Positions 34,845 through 44,404 of a stretch of 60,660 bases of DNA are shown piece by piece (the first letter of the stretch is position 1; each line of letters starts with the position of its first letter). The DNA is from a virus (taxonomy: Duplodnaviria; Caudoviricetes), in the IMG/VR virus record IMGVR_UViG_3300032046_000026, positions 1 to 60,660 of that record; one strand, written 5' to 3'. Made by a program: the position numbers and the translations under genes. The notes beneath the pieces were generated by a model. That model ran no database searches. It saw nothing but the letters and a program-made list of their open reading frames with translations, and was not told the origin of the DNA.

Positions 34845-35561
34845 CTACTCCACGCTGGGCCGCCCACGGAAGGCCGCCATGCGCAGCACCTTATACTTGC
34901 GCAAGAGGCGCGCCGCCATGTTGGCCTGGGGGCTGGCCCCGATCACGGTTTTGCTCAGGAGGCCGCCGGTTTCGCTGTAGTCCATGCTGCGCCAGCTGTT
35001 CACGAAGCCGGCGCCGGCGGTAGCGCCGGCCGTGTCCATCAGTTCCTTGTATTCCTGCGCCAGGATCGCCAGGGCCATCTTGACCGTGCCAGGGAGATCC
35101 GCCGGCGTGTTCCAGATGCCGGCCACGTAGGTCACGTCCACGTTGGTGGGCTTGTTCTCGGCGGCGCAACAGCAGCCGGCCGATAGGGCCAGACCTTCAC
35201 GGCGCACCTCAACCACGCCCTGGCGCCGTTCCCACAGGATCACGCAGCCCGTGATGGTATCGGTTTCGCAACTGCAACTGCCCAGGTCGTGCACCACGGT
35301 GGTGCTGGTGATGCTGATCACGTGGGTCTTGCGCAGTTCAACGAAGCGGAAGTTGGAATCGTAGTCCAGCCAGCCCTGGGGCCAGATGTGGCGTTCGTCG
35401 GCCACGGTGCCGGTCAGCAGGTTGGTGGACAGGAACGTCTCGGCGTCCTCCCAGCCCATTTCCCAGGCCATATCTTCCTGGGCCTGGGTGCCGGTTAGGA
35501 AGCCGACATTGTTCATTTCCAGCTGCAGGGCGTGCAGGGTGGCGGTATCAGGAACACCCAT
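34845..35561 (-). CDS. Head-tail adaptor protein
   Basis: VDVTYVAG...LPGTVKMALAILA...LLRKY. Confidence 0.75.
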   Translation of the reverse strand: MGVPDTATLHALQLEMNNVGFLTGTQAQEDMAWEMGWEDAETFLSTNLLTGTVADERHIWPQGWLDYDSNFRFVELRKTHVISITSTTVVHDLGSCSCETDTITGCVILWERRQGVVEVRREGLALSAGCCCAAENKPTNVDVTYVAGIWNTPADLPGTVKMALAILAQEYKELMDTAGATAGAGFVNSWRSMDYSETGGLLSKTVIGASPQANMAARLLRKYKVLRMAAFRGRPSVE

Positions 35562-37002
35562 AGAATCTCCTCCGAACGCGTTGTAAGACCTTCCGCCCTC
35601 TCTCCAGCCGTAGTAACGCCATAATCCGCCGCCGCCGCCTGATTAGCCAAGCTGTGTCTCGTCCACTGGAATGGTCGACCGTGGGCGGTGGCTCTAACTC
35701 AGCCATGGGGGTTGTCTCTAACTCAGCCCAAGATAACTGACCGCTGCGTGGGCCAAAGGAAGCGGTCGGCACTTCCGTTGCTGCCCATGAGACATGACCC
35801 TTACGCGGGGCGGTGGGCACCTCGGCCTCAGCCCAGTTCACATTGCCCCTGCGCGGGCCGGTAGGCATTTGGATCTCGCCCCAGGAGAATATCGCCTTGC
35901 GACTGCCAGCAGGAATTTCCGCCTCTGCCCAGCCTACGCCTCCGCGTCGCGGGGCGTCCATGACCTGTAGTTCGGCCCACGACAACAGCGGTCTACGCGG
36001 TGGTGTGGGGCCTTCCAACTCCGCCCACGATAGGATGCCACGCCTGCCGCCCGCCGGCAGTTCTAATTCCTGCCAGCAGATTTCGGCTCGGCGTGGGGCA
36101 TCCGGCGCCGCTAATTCTCCCCACGACATAACGGCACGACGCGGTGCAATGGCAGTCTCCATTTCGGCCCAGGAGAACAGGGTACGGCGTGGCGCAATGG
36201 GATTCTCGAACTCTCCCCACGATATGCACGCCCGACGAGGCAAGGCGGGCACTTCGATCTCGCCCCAGGAAATACACCCTCTGCGCGGGCCGGTGGCGAC
36301 TTGCACTTCGCCCCAGGATAGTTGGCCCCGCCTGTCCTGGGGGGGCTTGAGGGCAATGCTCAGCCGCCCCTGGTATGAGGCAGTGACCAAGGTCGCTGTC
36401 GTCGTGCCGTAGGCACCAGCAGCAGCCTTTATACCGTCCGCAACCCCTACACCACCACCGTTGCCGGTGGTGGTGTTCTGATCAGTGTTGGTATGTTCTA
36501 CAAGTCCTGTCAGGTTGGCGTTAGTCCAGCCCGAAGTTTGGGCCGTATTGGAATCTGTCATGTTGGAGACGGCCACGACGACAAGACACTCGGGAACGGT
36601 CGTCGTGGCGCCTGGGATCGAGACGGCCTGGGCGGACGACCCCAAGGTGTCGCCAGCCGTGATATCCCACGGGTTTCCTGAGGTGATGGAGCCCGAATAG
36701 GCAACGATGAAGGCAATGATGTGGTTGCCCGTCGCAACGGAAACGGTAGGGGCGGCGTCTCCCAAGACTGCCCGCCGCCAGAAGACGGTGAGACGGGTAG
36801 CGGGGTCGCCAGGGGCCGTTCCTACGCCTTGGGGAGAGCCAGTGACCGCCAGCCAACCCGCCGACATAGTAGCAACCTGGTTGCCGGTCTCGATGAAGCA
36901 CAGAAAGATATCGTTGGCCTGCCAACCAGTCGGCAGCGCGGGGATGCAACTGGTTGTTCCGGTAGCCTTCGCGCCGGCGGCACGGAAAGCGGGAGCTGCC
37001 AT
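35548..37002 (-). CDS. Putative virion protein: Thr/Gly-rich beta domain plus 13 tandem 16-aa repeats
   Basis: Repeats of RRxxxSWxExExPxxP; lower GC than neighbours. Confidence 0.75.
   Translation of the reverse strand: MAAPAFRAAGAKATGTTSCIPALPTGWQANDIFLCFIETGNQVATMSAGWLAVTGSPQGVGTAPGDPATRLTVFWRRAVLGDAAPTVSVATGNHIIAFIVAYSGSITSGNPWDITAGDTLGSSAQAVSIPGATTTVPECLVVVAVSNMTDSNTAQTSGWTNANLTGLVEHTNTDQNTTTGNGGGVGVADGIKAAAGAYGTTTATLVTASYQGRLSIALKPPQDRRGQLSWGEVQVATGPRRGCISWGEIEVPALPRRACISWGEFENPIAPRRTLFSWAEMETAIAPRRAVMSWGELAAPDAPRRAEICWQELELPAGGRRGILSWAELEGPTPPRRPLLSWAELQVMDAPRRGGVGWAEAEIPAGSRKAIFSWGEIQMPTGPRRGNVNWAEAEVPTAPRKGHVSWAATEVPTASFGPRSGQLSWAELETTPMAELEPPPTVDHSSGRDTAWLIRRRRRIMALLRLERGRKVLQRVRRRFYGCS
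35671..35679 (-). promoter_or_regulatory. Putative late promoter motif GTCGACCAT (connector genes)
   Basis: Within the 3' end of the repeat gene, ~110 nt before ATG 35561. Confidence 0.5.
35707..36333 (-). repeat. Coding tandem repeat, 13 x ~48 nt (degenerate at DNA level)
   Basis: RRGQLSWGEVQVATGP / RRGCISWGEIEVPALP / RRACISWGEFENPIAP ... Confidence 0.9.
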
Positions 37003-37015
37003 TAGGGGCTAATCC

Positions 37016-37456
37016 CTATGACGAGTTAGCAATAAAGCGGAGTTGCAGGTCGGCATAGTCCGTTATGGCGTCGGCCTCCCCCGCCGTCAACGTGAAGGTG
37101 CCGGCCGTCCAGCCTTCGCCAATGGCGGCGTGGACTTCGCTGTGGATCAATGCCCCCTGGCTACTCTCGTTCACGTATCCCTGCCGAAGCTGTACAGTCA
37201 CGCCGATTGTGGCGCCGCCGGCCGCGTCCTTCCGATAGCGGTAGCGGATGACATGTCCAGCCGAAGATTGGGGGTCTTCTACGTCCGACAGGTCGACGCA
37301 GCACACAGAGTTCGCCGGTGCCAACTCGCTCTGGATAAAATCGGCATCGTCAGCCACGGCCTCGTCGATCATGGTGTAGAGAGCCGTGCCGCCGCCCGTG
37401 CTCTTGACCCAGGCACCTTCTACTTTGTCCGCGATGGGACGCGCAAATTGAGGCAT
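37016..37456 (-). CDS. Putative structural protein
   Basis: First gene after a late motif; beta-rich; SD AAGGAG. Confidence 0.7.
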   Translation of the reverse strand: MPQFARPIADKVEGAWVKSTGGGTALYTMIDEAVADDADFIQSELAPANSVCCVDLSDVEDPQSSAGHVIRYRYRKDAAGGATIGVTVQLRQGYVNESSQGALIHSEVHAAIGEGWTAGTFTLTAGEADAITDYADLQLRFIANSS

Positions 37457-37494
37457 CGCTTTTCTCCTTGTTACCCGTTGCCGTCTTCACCCCA

Positions 37495-37503
37495 ATGGTC
37501 GAC
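37495..37503 (-). promoter_or_regulatory. Putative late promoter motif GTCGACCAT
   Basis: Intergenic, directly after the island terminator. Confidence 0.72.
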
Positions 37504-37504
37504 T

Positions 37505-37544
37505 AAAAGGCCAGGGGCCGCGCACCGTCAACGCGGCCCCTGGC
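37505..37544 (-). terminator. Intrinsic terminator closing the glycosyltransferase island
   Basis: 13-bp stem GCCAGGGGCCGCG/CGCGGCCCCTGGC followed by CTTTT. Confidence 0.8.
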
Positions 37545-37570
37545 AATCCGTTGCCCAACAGGGCTTGGAA

Positions 37571-38452
37571 TCACAGCAGGAAGGGTTCGTCGTATTGTAG
37601 CAGATCGCCGGCCTGGTGCGCCAGGATCACCTGGCCCTCCTGCACCTCTTGCTTCGACAGCGCAATCGGCTCGCGCCCCACCACGGCAATGGCGCCAGGC
37701 TCAAAGGCCACGGCCAGGCCGGCCTTGCGCAGCTGCAGGCAGTAGTACAGATCGGCAAAGGGCCGGCTGCCGAAGGGGTCGCTGGGGAAAGGGCCAAGGG
37801 TGCGGAACAGGCTGCGGCGCGTGGCCATGAACTGCACCGGCACGCCCTGCAAATCCTGGCGGGCGTATATCTTTGGGTTGTCGGGTGCCCAGCCGGCGAA
37901 GCGGGCGTAGGGCTGCATCATGACGCCGAGCACGTAGCCGGCGGCGCGCATGGCGGGGTCGGGGAAGCCGGCCGGCACAACCTCACCCTGCCATATGCCC
38001 AGGCCGCCCACGGCGCCGATTGTCTCCGGTTCAATGGCGGCCGCCATGGCCGCCCATGCGCCCTCGGCCAGCACCGCGTCGCTGTCGATGAACAGGATCA
38101 GCGGGGCCTGCCCGTGCCCAGCTGCACGGTTGCGGGCATCCCAGCGGTCGCGGCCGCTGCGGTCAAGGCGCAGGTCTTCCTCGCGGGCGATCCGCACCAG
38201 TTCGCCGTGGCGCGCCGCCGCCTGATCGGGGATGGCGTCAGCCAGGGTGATCGTAGCGTCGGCCGGCAGATCGCGCCGCAGGGCCGCCAGGCAGGCGCCC
38301 AGGCGGTCGATGCTGGTGAAGGCCGTCACCACGGCGTCCACGCTGCCACGTAGCGGCAGGGCCACGGTCATGTGGGCCGGTGGGCGGCCAGCCGCCCGCT
38401 CCTCTGCCCTACGCTGTGCCCGCCGGCTGCTCGGGCTTTTCCGTGATCGCAT
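37571..38452 (-). CDS. Glycosyltransferase family 2 (GT-A)
   Basis: ARNRAA...LILFIDSDA (DxD), DLYYCLQLRKAG. Confidence 0.82.
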   Translation of the reverse strand: MRSRKSPSSRRAQRRAEERAAGRPPAHMTVALPLRGSVDAVVTAFTSIDRLGACLAALRRDLPADATITLADAIPDQAAARHGELVRIAREEDLRLDRSGRDRWDARNRAAGHGQAPLILFIDSDAVLAEGAWAAMAAAIEPETIGAVGGLGIWQGEVVPAGFPDPAMRAAGYVLGVMMQPYARFAGWAPDNPKIYARQDLQGVPVQFMATRRSLFRTLGPFPSDPFGSRPFADLYYCLQLRKAGLAVAFEPGAIAVVGREPIALSKQEVQEGQVILAHQAGDLLQYDEPFLL

Positions 38453-39620
38453 TCAGCGCCTCCTCTACAACATCAAGGGCCTTATCCCACGTGCGGCTGC
38501 GCGCCCAGGCCAGGGCAGCGTCAACCCGCGCCTGGGCACCTTCCGGCTCCACGCGGATCGACTGGATCATGGTGGCAGCCTGCACCGGCGACGCAAAGCG
38601 GCGCGTCTGGTTGCCGAAGGGATCGATGTAGCTGTACTCGGCCGGCACCAGGTAGCCGCGCCCATCGGCCAGGTTTTCGGCCATGCCGCCGGCGTCGGTG
38701 GCCACCACGGGCAGCGCGCAGGCCATTGCCTCCATCACCGGCAGGCAAAGGCCCTCGGCCTTCGACAGCTGCAGGTAGCAGTCGGCGCCCCAGTAGATCT
38801 CGCGCAGCTGGGCGTCGGTCATGCCGGCCTGCTTTTCGAACTGGAAGAACTGCGTCTGGTTGTGCAGCTGGAAGTAGTCGTTAAGGTTCCAGGTCTGGAA
38901 GCCAATGTGGGTGGGCCGGCGTTTGGTCTTCACTACCAGCCGCACGTCGTCATAGATCGGGCCGTGCAGGATCGGCCGCCGCTTGCCGGCCGGCGGCCAG
39001 GCAAAGCGGTGCCCCAGCAGCAGGGCCACGGTTGCCCACATGGCCGGCAGGTTCTTGCGCTCGTGGTTGTCGCACACCGAGAAAACGATGAACTTATCTT
39101 CCCAGTCTTCGCGCTTGCGCACCGCCGCCCGTTCGTCCGGTGTGGGCGGCCGCCAGAACTCGGTGTCGATCCCCACGGGCAGGTAGCGCGCGGCCAGGCC
39201 ACAGTCCTGGCACAGCTTGGTCGCCCACTCGGTTTCCACCAGGGCGGCGCCCATGCGGTCGATAACCGTTGTCCATTCGCTGGGGTGGATCAGGGGATCA
39301 CTTTCCAGCGGGAAAATGCCGGCGTAGGGCAGGCCGAACTCCATCACCTGCGCCCAGTTGCAATGGTCAACGATGTCGCCGATCCCCAGCAGCACATCGG
39401 GCGCATAGGCGGTTTTGATCATCATCACGTGGCGCAGAAGGCTTCCTGGCTCGCTGGGGCAGGCGTGCACGGGCAGGCGGTGCTCCTGCCCCTGGTAGTT
39501 CAGCGCACAAACCACGACGTCATGGCCGCGCCGGCCCAGGCCGCCGGCAACCTGCTGGGCGATGGTGGTGTAGCCGCTGCCGCCGGCGACGTTGAACTCG
39601 CTGATGCAGGCGATCTTCAT
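38409..39620 (-). CDS. Glycosyltransferase family 4 (GT-B)
   Basis: GSGY..., GIDTEFW, ERKNL, SKAEGLCLPVMEAMACALPVV. Confidence 0.9.
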   Translation of the reverse strand: MKIACISEFNVAGGSGYTTIAQQVAGGLGRRGHDVVVCALNYQGQEHRLPVHACPSEPGSLLRHVMMIKTAYAPDVLLGIGDIVDHCNWAQVMEFGLPYAGIFPLESDPLIHPSEWTTVIDRMGAALVETEWATKLCQDCGLAARYLPVGIDTEFWRPPTPDERAAVRKREDWEDKFIVFSVCDNHERKNLPAMWATVALLLGHRFAWPPAGKRRPILHGPIYDDVRLVVKTKRRPTHIGFQTWNLNDYFQLHNQTQFFQFEKQAGMTDAQLREIYWGADCYLQLSKAEGLCLPVMEAMACALPVVATDAGGMAENLADGRGYLVPAEYSYIDPFGNQTRRFASPVQAATMIQSIRVEPEGAQARVDAALAWARSRTWDKALDVVEEALNAITEKPEQPAGTA

Positions 39621-39779
39621 GGTGCCCCCTTATTTTTCAGGCCCTCTTGCGCATAAGGGCCGACGTTGCTACGCTGCTCAGCGCGGCTCCGGCCGCGATG
39701 AAGGACGGACGGACATCCCCCCACTATTACTGAGACATCAGTAGATCTCTTAAGACGATCTGCTATAGGAAAGTGGGTG

Positions 39780-39959
39780 CTACTCATTCCGTCCTTCATC
39801 CCGCGCCGCGTTTTTCTGCTCACGATCCTTAGCATTTGGCGGTGGCCGCCTGGGCAGCACGCCACCCTCCCTGGCAGCCTCTTCAACCGCCAGCAAGCCG
39901 CGCTCGACAAGATAGGTTGCCCGCGCTGCTTGCCTGGCCACAAAGTCCCGCAGACTCAT
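39780..39959 (-). CDS. Small hypothetical protein
   Basis: ATGA overlap with the HNH gene stop. Confidence 0.45.
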   Translation of the reverse strand: MSLRDFVARQAARATYLVERGLLAVEEAAREGGVLPRRPPPNAKDREQKNAARDEGRNE

Positions 39960-40459
39960 TCGTCTAACCATGCCCATCTCTCGCGCTTCTGAATCTGCTG
40001 AACCGTGCGGTGCGTCACACCGTACTGGCGCGCCAGGGCACGCTGCCCAGGCTTTCCGGCGGCCGCCCTGATCACTCGCACGTCGGCTTCGCTCAGCTTG
40101 TTGCAGGAATGGCGTTTGCCTCTGGCGGAATGGCGCAGGCCCAAGACTAGCGCATGACGCATATTCACCGAAGCGGTCACCTTTTCAAGATTGGCAAGGC
40201 GGTTGTCGCTTTTCACACCGTTACGATGGTTCGATTCCTGCCCACCTGCAAAGGGGCCAGTGAAGGCAATTATCACCAGCCGGTGCACCAGTTCGCGCTT
40301 CGACCGCCCTTCGAACTGCAACTGAACGCGAAGGTATCCCCCGCCAGCCAGTTGTGGGCGCAAAAGGCGGCGGGTGCGTGTATTGACGACGCGGCCAGCG
40401 TCCGAAACTTCGTAGGCTTCTTCCCAGCCTACCACCGGCCGCCATGTTTCGTCGGTCAT
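39956..40459 (-). CDS. NUMOD4-HNH homing endonuclease (free-standing)
   Basis: ETWRPVVGWEEAYEVSDAGRV; VHRLV..AF; NHRNGVKSDNRLANLE. Confidence 0.92.
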   Translation of the reverse strand: MTDETWRPVVGWEEAYEVSDAGRVVNTRTRRLLRPQLAGGGYLRVQLQFEGRSKRELVHRLVIIAFTGPFAGGQESNHRNGVKSDNRLANLEKVTASVNMRHALVLGLRHSARGKRHSCNKLSEADVRVIRAAAGKPGQRALARQYGVTHRTVQQIQKRERWAWLDE

Positions 40460-41325
40460 TGCAGGCCCCTTCGATCAAGTTCCAGCGCCAACAGTTCGCG
40501 CTTGTCTGCCCACTTTTCGATCAGCAGGCGCTCGTGATCGGCGGCGTGGTTCAGGGCCACGGGGCCGATGTTGGCGCGCGCGGCCTGCCAATCCTTCTGG
40601 CTGCGGTGCACGGCAACGGCCGGCCCGCAGCGTATCCGGTAGCCGGCGGCCTTGATCTGCAGCTGCAGATCGGTTTCCTCATGCCAATGCGGGTTGAACC
40701 GCTCGTCGTACAGGAACACCGGCCAGCCGTCGAGGCCGCGCAGGTTGCGCCAGGCCCAGCAGTAGCCCATCACCAGGTCGGTGTAGTCGCCTGGCGCCGG
40801 CCGGCGGTCGTCGAGGAAGTTGGGCGCCACCCAGGGGCCGGCGAGCAGGCCCGCCCAGTTGAGATAAAAGCCCTCCTGGCCAGCCCCGCCGATCTTGGGA
40901 TCGCTGAATGGCTGCAGCAGCACCTTATCCCAGGCGGGGCCAACCTCAACGTCGTCGTCCACCTGCATGATGAACTGCCCGCGCGCTATCCTGATCCCGT
41001 GATTGCGGACGCAGACGCCCTCGTTGGTCGGCACGTGCATGCTGGTGTAGCGGCGGTGTTCCTCGAACACCCTGGGGTGCAGTTCTTGGATCGCCATGCT
41101 GGTGCCGTCGTCGCTGCCGTTGTCGATCACGATCAGCTCATAATCGGCCACCGGCGTGGCGGTTTTCTGCCATATGCGGTCGATGCAGGCCAGCACCGTG
41201 TCGCGCCGATTGTGCGTCAGCAACACAACGCTGAACAGCAGGTCTTGCGGCGCGGGTTGCCGGCGGCCGCCGCCGCTGGTTTCGCCGTGTTCTATCGGGC
41301 CAACGTGTCCCTGTGCCTGCGCCAT
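40456..41325 (-). CDS. Glycosyltransferase family 2 (GT-A)
   Basis: SVVLLTHN, VIDNGSDDGT, RNHG, MQVDDD, EETDL. Confidence 0.9.
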   Translation of the reverse strand: MAQAQGHVGPIEHGETSGGGRRQPAPQDLLFSVVLLTHNRRDTVLACIDRIWQKTATPVADYELIVIDNGSDDGTSMAIQELHPRVFEEHRRYTSMHVPTNEGVCVRNHGIRIARGQFIMQVDDDVEVGPAWDKVLLQPFSDPKIGGAGQEGFYLNWAGLLAGPWVAPNFLDDRRPAPGDYTDLVMGYCWAWRNLRGLDGWPVFLYDERFNPHWHEETDLQLQIKAAGYRIRCGPAVAVHRSQKDWQAARANIGPVALNHAADHERLLIEKWADKRELLALELDRRGLQ

Positions 41326-41849
41326 GCGTTTTGCTCCTCCCAGGCCGCCAGGTGGGCGGCCGTCTTGATCGGCCGCAGCAGCACCCACAGGTTGCCGCGT
41401 TCGCGCCACGCCTGGTCGACAATGGCAAAGTGGTGGGTGATCCCGTAGTCGCTGAACGCTTCCACAAACCCAGGCTCAAAGTAGAGGAAACTGGTTTCGC
41501 TGAACGTGTGGCAATGGGTGGGATCGCCGTGCGCGCCGGCGCTGGCGTAGTAGGGCACCACGATCTCAACCCAGGCATCGGCCTGGCAGATGCGCCAGAT
41601 TTCGGTCATGGTGGCGATCAGATCGTGCAGGTGTTCCAGCGTTTGGTGGGCGATCACCGCCAGGCCGCATTCGTCCTCAAGGGGCCAGGGCCGCACGTTC
41701 AGGTCGTGCACCAGGTCAACGCCTTCCAGCGCAACGCGGTCGACGCCAAAGTAGCCTTCGTTCTTGTGGAGGCCGCAGCCCAGCTCGATCTGCCCTGGCG
41801 CTGCCCGCGTAGGGTAGGGGATCGGTGCCGGTTCTTCGGGATTGGTCAC
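41292..41849 (-). CDS. Class I SAM-dependent methyltransferase
   Basis: IELGCG, VHDLN..PWPL, LEHL, DPTH. Confidence 0.85.
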   Translation of the reverse strand: MTNPEEPAPIPYPTRAAPGQIELGCGLHKNEGYFGVDRVALEGVDLVHDLNVRPWPLEDECGLAVIAHQTLEHLHDLIATMTEIWRICQADAWVEIVVPYYASAGAHGDPTHCHTFSETSFLYFEPGFVEAFSDYGITHHFAIVDQAWRERGNLWVLLRPIKTAAHLAAWEEQNAWRRHRDTLAR

Positions 41850-42427
41850 GGTTTCCTCCCCAGGGCCATGAACTGTGGCGGCCCCATGTGCATGCGCAGC
41901 TTTGTGCGCTCGATCACCAGGCCCGCCTGGTGCAACCATGCCGGCACATCAGTGACCAGCACGCGGCGGTGCAGGGCATCGGGCGGCACCTCGGCATGCA
42001 CCCAAAGCAGCGCCTTCCCGCCAGGGCGCAGGGCCAGGCCGGCGGCCGCCACCAGGCCGGCGGGATCGTCGCAATGGTCGAGAACGTTCAGCAGCAGGGC
42101 CGTGTCGAACGGCCGTGGGTGAGACAGGCATTGATCGACCTCGATCATGGTTTTGTCGTATAACAGACCGGCCTCTCGGTACTGGTGGAACAGCGGATCG
42201 ACGCACCAGACTAAGTCGGGCGGCGGATCGCCGATGTAGGCGGCCGACACAGGGCCGCTGCCGAAGTCGATCACGCGCCCCAGGTTGCCGAACTCGGCAA
42301 AGAAGAAGTCCAGATAGCGATAACCGTAGAGGGCCAGGATGCGCGCCTGGCCGTGGGGCTGCGCCAGCCAGGCGCGCCACCAGTCCAGTTCGCCCTGCTG
42401 CATGGCCGTGTAGTCGGGTTCGTTCAT
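41846..42427 (-). CDS. Class I SAM-dependent methyltransferase
   Basis: VIDFGSGP, VDPL, NVLDHC, LRPGG. Confidence 0.85.
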   Translation of the reverse strand: MNEPDYTAMQQGELDWWRAWLAQPHGQARILALYGYRYLDFFFAEFGNLGRVIDFGSGPVSAAYIGDPPPDLVWCVDPLFHQYREAGLLYDKTMIEVDQCLSHPRPFDTALLLNVLDHCDDPAGLVAAAGLALRPGGKALLWVHAEVPPDALHRRVLVTDVPAWLHQAGLVIERTKLRMHMGPPQFMALGRKP

Positions 42428-42966
42428 GCCGGTTTCCTTCCGCGCCCGAACACCCCCACGGGGTATTGCCAGTCAGCCTCGGTGGGCGGCGCGTTGCGCG
42501 GCCGCCCGCAACCCTCGGTTTCAATCACCACGTCGAACAGGCCCGCCCGCGACAGCAGGTAGGCCAAGCCGCTGGGCGTGGTGCGCCAGTAGTCGCCGCT
42601 TTGGCCCTTGTCGATCTCGGCGTCGTGCAGGGGGAAGGCGAAACACCAGCTGATGATCAGTAGGCCCCCAGGCAGCAACGCCCTGGCCATGGTGTCAATG
42701 GCCGCCCAGGGTTCCTTCACGTGCTCCAACGTCTCGCAGCACACCGCCGTGCGGAACTTGCCATCGAACTGGTTGCCGGCCTTGAGAATGTCCAGCACCA
42801 GGTCGACGCCTGGCCCTTCCGCCATGTCCACGCCGGTGTAGCCGGCCTGGGGGAAAAGGGGCCGCACCGTGCCGTTAACATTGCGGCTGCCCACTTCGAG
42901 CACGGGCACCTGGGCGCCCTGGGCCTTGATCACGGCAGCCACCCAATCAGAGACTTCGCGGCGCAT
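42424..42966 (-). CDS. Class I SAM-dependent methyltransferase
   Basis: VLEVGSRNVNG, GVDM..GPGVD, ETLEHV, DYWR. Confidence 0.85.
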   Translation of the reverse strand: MRREVSDWVAAVIKAQGAQVPVLEVGSRNVNGTVRPLFPQAGYTGVDMAEGPGVDLVLDILKAGNQFDGKFRTAVCCETLEHVKEPWAAIDTMARALLPGGLLIISWCFAFPLHDAEIDKGQSGDYWRTTPSGLAYLLSRAGLFDVVIETEGCGRPRNAPPTEADWQYPVGVFGRGRKPA

Positions 42967-43086
42967 GGTATCTAACTCCTGTCCTGGGGTGCCACGGCGC
43001 CCGACAGCGCGTTTTGCCCCCTGGGGCCAGTGGTAGTCTAGGCCCCTCAGCGTCAAGGCCACGCCCCTGCCCGCGTGGCCCGAATT

Positions 43087-43944
43087 CTAAGGCGCAGTCG
43101 TTGTCACCCTGGCCCGTTTCCACGCCCCGATCCCAAAGTGGCCATCGGGCGGGATCACCGGCTCGAAACCCACGTTGGCGAGCACACTGTCAAGCGATTG
43201 CTGCAGGTCGCGGCTTTCGGGCAGGTGGGTGGGGAACGCCTTGAAACTGTCGTGGGTCAGGATCAGCACCCCATCCGGCGCCAGGCAGGCCACGAACTGC
43301 TGCAGCAGGCCCACCGGATCGGGCACGTGCTCAACGACGTCAAGGGCACACAGGGCACCCCAGGGCTGTGGCCCCAGGCTGCCGGTCGGGTGCAGGGCGT
43401 CGTCTGGCGTCTCCACCACCACGATGGTGCCGGCCGGCCAGGGGTTGGGCAACGGCGCAGCGAGCAGGCCCTCGCGGAGGAACCGCCAGTCGGCGAAATT
43501 GGCCACCTGGCCAAGATCGACGTAGGCCACCTGGTAGCCCAGGCGCGCCAGGAAGATCGCCTGCTGGCCGATCCCGCCCCCGTAGTCAAGGATCGGGCCA
43601 TGGCCGCCCAGGTGTGTCATGTATTGGTGCACGATGTTGGCGCGGTGATCGCCGGCCCACAGTTCGGGCGGCGGGCCTGCCCCGCGCAGCAGTTCAAAGA
43701 TCATGCCGAAATTCTCAACGTAGAACTGGCCAATGCGTGTGCGGTCAAGCAGGGCGGGGGGCGTCAGGTCGTGCCAATCGAGCGCCGGCCCTTCCTGCAG
43801 CACCACGTCCTGCCATTCCAGTTCAAGCAGCTGGGCGGCGTCCACGCCCACGGCAATGTATTCGTAGAAATCCTCCTCGGGCAGCCCAGGCCAATATGCC
43901 GAGCACAGTTCCCAGGCGTATTCAGTCGCCGGATCGGGGTTCAT
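43087..43944 (-). CDS. Class I SAM-dependent methyltransferase
   Basis: ILDYGGGIG, DVVEHVPDP, LAPDG. Confidence 0.85.
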   Translation of the reverse strand: MNPDPATEYAWELCSAYWPGLPEEDFYEYIAVGVDAAQLLELEWQDVVLQEGPALDWHDLTPPALLDRTRIGQFYVENFGMIFELLRGAGPPPELWAGDHRANIVHQYMTHLGGHGPILDYGGGIGQQAIFLARLGYQVAYVDLGQVANFADWRFLREGLLAAPLPNPWPAGTIVVVETPDDALHPTGSLGPQPWGALCALDVVEHVPDPVGLLQQFVACLAPDGVLILTHDSFKAFPTHLPESRDLQQSLDSVLANVGFEPVIPPDGHFGIGAWKRARVTTTAP

Positions 43945-44140
43945 AGACACCGCCTTTCTGCAGTTCCTTCTGCCGGCGCAGTTGATCGCGCCAGCGTTTG
44001 GGCAGTCGCCGGCGCTCGGCGCGGGGCAGCTGGCCAAAGGTGCAACCAGCGCACATGATCTGATCGCTGCCCAAGCCCTTGGCGCTGAACTCCTCGGGCA
44101 GCACCGCGCCGCATTCGCAGCAGGTGAACACCTTGGTCAA
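43922..44140 (-). CDS. Small Zn-binding protein
   Basis: CCECG...CAGC; TTGA coupling. Confidence 0.6.
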   Translation of the reverse strand: MTKVFTCCECGAVLPEEFSAKGLGSDQIMCAGCTFGQLPRAERRRLPKRWRDQLRRQKELQKGGVYEPRSGD

Positions 44141-44400
44141 GGCGGCCACCGCACCCAGCCAGCCTTGGCCATCTGCTCCTGGTCGAGCGATCCCAGGCTG
44201 GTGCCGGCCGCCAGGCAAATGGCAAACACCTCCACACCGCCCTTGAATAGCAGGGCCTTCTGCAGCGCCGCCACGCCGTCGTATATCTCCCAGGTATCGT
44301 CTTGTGTGGTGCGGGCCACCAGCACGTCGCCGTCCTGCAGCCGCAACCGTTTCAGGGCGATTTCAAGGCCCTCGATGTTAACCGTGGCGGTGGGTGCCAT
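44137..44400 (-). CDS. Hypothetical protein
   Basis: Closely packed ORF in the operon. Confidence 0.65.
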   Translation of the reverse strand: MAPTATVNIEGLEIALKRLRLQDGDVLVARTTQDDTWEIYDGVAALQKALLFKGGVEVFAICLAAGTSLGSLDQEQMAKAGWVRWPP

Positions 44401-44404
44401 GGCG

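Noticed and set aside
35707-36333. CRISPR array or DGR variable region
   Set aside because: The repeat is conserved at protein level and degenerate at DNA level; no reverse transcriptase or adenine-specific template pair
39956-40459. HNH gene as part of a group I intron
   Set aside because: Its start overlaps the upstream GT2 stop (ATGA) and both flanking GT genes look complete, so it is free-standing
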